From NCBI GenBank assembly GCA_963823665.1, contig CAWGMQ010000008.1:2080001-2144000 (forward strand): a stretch of 64,000 bases of DNA, in the 5' to 3' direction. A model generated the notes under the pieces. It was not told where the DNA came from, did no database searches, and saw only the letters and a program-made list of their open reading frames with translations. The position numbers were made by a program, and so were the translations under genes. Source of the stretch: an uncultured Planctomycetota bacterium (lineage in GTDB: Bacteria; Planctomycetota; Planctomycetia; Isosphaerales; Isosphaeraceae). This document shows positions 61,026-64,000 of the stretch, piece by piece; position 1 is the stretch's first letter; each line of letters starts with the position of its first letter.

Positions 61026-62511
61026 TCAAGCAAGGATTTCTGTCGCCACGCGCCCGCTCACGTCGGTCAGCCGAAAATCGCGGCCGCTGTACCGATAGGT
61101 GAGCCGCTCGTGATCCAGCCCCATTAAATGCAGGATCGTGGCATGAAGGTCATGCACGTGCATCCGCCTATCGACCGCTTGCATCCCCAGCTCGTCCGTC
61201 GCGCCGTGGACGAAACCCCCTCTGACGCCGCCGCCGGCCAGCCACATCGAGAACCCCAGGCTGTGGTGATCGCGACCCTTTGCCCCTTCGGAATAAGGCG
61301 TCCGGCCGAATTCGCCGCCCCAGATAACCAGAGTATCTTCGAGCAGGCCCCGTGCTTTGAGGTCCTTGACGAGCGCGGCGATCGGGCGATCGCTCTTGCG
61401 AGCATGATCACGGTGTTTGTTGATGTCTTGATGGTCGTCCCACGGTTGGCCATCTCCGTAGTAGACCTGAACCACGCGCACTCCGCGCTCCACCAGACGG
61501 CGAGCAATCAGACAGGCGCTCGCAAACTCGCCGTCGCCGTATTCCTGGCGGGTGAATCTCGATTCGTTTGCCAGGTCGAAGGCTTCGCGCGCCTCGAACT
61601 GCATCCGAAACGCCATCTCCATCGACGCAATCCGGGCCTCGAGTGCGAGATCAGCAGTGCGCGCATGAAGGTGCTCGCGGTTCAGTTGTTGAACCAGGTC
61701 GAGCATGCCGCGCTGCTCGGTGCGGGACAGGTGGCGACTGGTAATGTCACGAATGATCCGGTCGGGGTCGATCGACTGGTTGCGGATATGCGTTCCCTGG
61801 TAGATACCCGGCAAGAAGCTGCTGCTCCACAATTGCGGGCCGACGACCGGCTTGCCGGGGCAGAGCACCACGAACCCCGGGAGGTTCTGGTTTTCGCTGC
61901 CCAGGCCGAATACCAGCCACGAGCCCAGACTGGGACGAATCGGCTGCATGTTGCCCGAGTTCATCATCAAGAGCGAGGGTTCATGGTTGGGGTTATCCGT
62001 GTACAGCGAGCGAAGAACGCAGATTTCGTCAATGCAGCCGGCTACATGCGGGAAGAGATTTGTGAGCGAGATTCCGCTCTGCCCGTGAGGCCGCGCGGGA
62101 AACGGCGAAGGCATGATCTTGCCGCGTTTTCGCCGCCCGGTCGCCACGGAGTGCGGGTGGGTCTTGCCCGGCATATCGCTCGAGCGCGGGCTTGGGATCG
62201 AAAGTGTCGACGTGCGATGGCCCGCCGTTCATGAACAAGAAGATGACGCGTTTGGCGCGAGCCGGAAAGTGTGACGCTTTGGGTGCCAGGGGATCGCGAG
62301 CAACCGTTTCCTCGTTGCCGCCCGTTGCTGCGGCCCAGGCTGATTCGCCCCTGACCGGGATACCGGCGCAAGAAAGCACCTGCGCCAACCCCAGCGCACC
62401 GAAGCCTCCACCGATCCTCGAAAAAATCGCACGGCGAGAGAAGAGGCGGAGCGAAGCAATAGACTCGTCGTTCGAAGCCGGTCTGCGTGCAAGATCATCA
62501 CTCGTCTGCAT
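61026..62511 (-). CDS. DUF1501 family protein; frameshift near 62150
   Basis: VIFLFMNGGPSHVDTFDPKP, GEFGRTP, GRDHH, FRLTDVSG. Confidence 0.9.
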
Positions 62512-62570
62512 CGCCGGATCACTCCGCGTGAGTCAGGCGCCGAGGCGCCACAATCCTCGTGATATCCAGT

Positions 62571-64000
62571 TCAGTCTACAAATAAAAACTCGCTTGTGGC
62601 GAGCAGCGCTTGCGCATAACGCTCACAGCGGCTCATGCCGGTATGGCGCGAAGGACTGTCATCGGCACCCAGGAGATAATGTAGGCCGAGAATTCGTTCA
62701 CGTTCGGTCGCCGGCCGGCCGAAGCATAGCTCGTAAGCGCGGCGGATCAGGTCGTCGTCAGCGTCGCGAATTCCGGCGGACGCCGACTGCTTCAGTCGAG
62801 CGGCCACGGCTCGGGCGTTCGCGATCATGAATTCGCTGTTCAACACGAAGAGCTGCTGGATGGGAACGGTCGTTTCGACTCGTGCACCGCTCGTGATGTT
62901 GGGGTCGGGAAAGTCGAACAGCCGCAGCATCCAGGCCAGGTCATGACGGCTGATGGCGGCATAGAGAGTTCGGCGCTCGTTCGCGGGTAAATCCAGGCTG
63001 AGCGACGGCCCACCCATCTTCAAGTCAAGACGCCCGGCCACGGCCAGGATGGCATCGCGCCATGCTTCGACGTCCAGCCGGCGCCGGTTCATCCGCCAGA
63101 GAAGCACGTTCTGCGGGTCCTTCGATTGACTGGTCGAATCAAACCGGCTGCTCTGGCGGTAGGTCGAAGACAACATGATCTCGCGATGCAGTGACTTGAG
63201 CGACCATCCTGAGGCGATGAATCGCCGAGCAAGCCAATCGAGCAGTTCGGGATGGCTCGGCCGTTCGCCCAGGGCGCCGAAGTTGCTCGGCGTGGCGACG
63301 AGCCCGTTGCCGAAGTGGTGCTGCCAAACCCGGTTGACCATCACCCGCGCGGTGAGAGGGTTGCCTTCGCTGGCGATGGCAAGCGCCAGCTCGAGGCGTC
63401 CGCTCCCTCGAGCGAACGGCCTCTGATCGCCTCCGAGCACAGTCAGAAAGTGCCGCGGCACCGTGGCACCGGGCGTGGTCGAGTTGCCGCGGATCAAGAC
63501 CGGTGCATCACCCGGACGCGATGCCTCACCGAGGGTATGGATGACGGGGAAGGGGGGCGGAGCGTGCTTCTTCAAGCCGGCGAGCTCGGTCCGAAGGCCC
63601 GCGAGCTTTTTCTTGCCTTCATCAGAAAGCTTGGATTCGACCTGCTTCAACTGATTGCCGGCTACTTTAAGTCTCAGGCGATCGGCTTCTCCCTTCAGGA
63701 ACGCGTTAATCTCCTTATCCTTGGCTTGAATCGCGGATTGGGCCGCCTTGTAGGCGTCGACAACTTCCCTGGGAACGGCCGGCTCCTCGACGTACTCCGT
63801 GCTGGCGAAAACACCTTCGAGCGCATAGAAATCGGTCGTTGGAACCGGGTCGTACTTGTGGTCGTGGCAACGCGCACAGGCCACGGTGAGCCCCAGGAAT
63901 CCGCGGGTCAAGGTGTCGATCCGATCGGCGTACTGGTCGTGCTTCTGGGCATCTCCGTAATAGACCGGCCCGCACGCGAAGAACCCCAGCGCCGCCAGAC
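62571..64000 (-). CDS. DUF1549/DUF1553 (PSD1-type) protein, 5' end outside the window
   Basis: CARCHDHK, NPLTARVMVNRVWQHHFG, HPELLDWLA, EFLFVD. Confidence 0.9.
   Translation of the reverse strand, partial: LAALGFFACGPVYYGDAQKHDQYADRIDTLTRGFLGLTVACARCHDHKYDPVPTTDFYALEGVFASTEYVEEPAVPREVVDAYKAAQSAIQAKDKEINAFLKGEADRLRLKVAGNQLKQVESKLSDEGKKKLAGLRTELAGLKKHAPPPFPVIHTLGEASRPGDAPVLIRGNSTTPGATVPRHFLTVLGGDQRPFARGSGRLELALAIASEGNPLTARVMVNRVWQHHFGNGLVATPSNFGALGERPSHPELLDWLARRFIASGWSLKSLHREIMLSSTYRQSSRFDSTSQSKDPQNVLLWRMNRRRLDVEAWRDAILAVAGRLDLKMGGPSLSLDLPANERRTLYAAISRHDLAWMLRLFDFPDPNITSGARVETTVPIQQLFVLNSEFMIANARAVAARLKQSASAGIRDADDDLIRRAYELCFGRPATERERILGLHYLLGADDSPSRHTGMSRCERYAQALLATSEFLFVD

Noticed and set aside
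1..64000. tRNA, rRNA, prophage or integrase
   Set aside because: None recognised on either strand.

Overview
GC-rich bacterial DNA, very likely Planctomycetota (Isosphaeraceae-like). This is inferred from the DUF1501, DUF1549/DUF1553, DUF4058, LEGRALLS-type export motif and ECF-kinase gene families. About 15 single-base frameshifts occur even in ordinary genes, which points to long-read consensus errors. The left half (about 1.7-35.5 kb) is a Ser/Thr phospho-signalling island. It holds one ECF sigma factor, four minus-strand receptor kinases with an N-terminal HxxxCxxC (anti-sigma-type) zinc finger, a fifth kinase, five double-FHA proteins (including an Rv1747-like FHA-ABC transporter) and several Rpn/YhgA-like nuclease copies. 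Its core (about 11.6-26.2 kb) is a decaying triple tandem repeat of the unit [Rpn - conserved ~155-bp leader - zinc-finger kinase - HigA-like HTH - REP pair - double FHA]. The kinase 5' parts are near-identical, while the extracellular domains (PEGA-like, FGE-sulfatase/CLec, DUF1080, STN-like) are combinatorially swapped. This polymorphic receptor-kinase array is the main candidate novel system. The right half is more ordinary: a CopA-type ATPase, CHAD protein, SulP, an ECF/anti-sigma pair, two DUF1501/DUF1553 clusters, a CDF transporter, toxin-antitoxin pairs and an ECF-kinase pair. All family assignments come from motif recognition by eye; no database searches were run.
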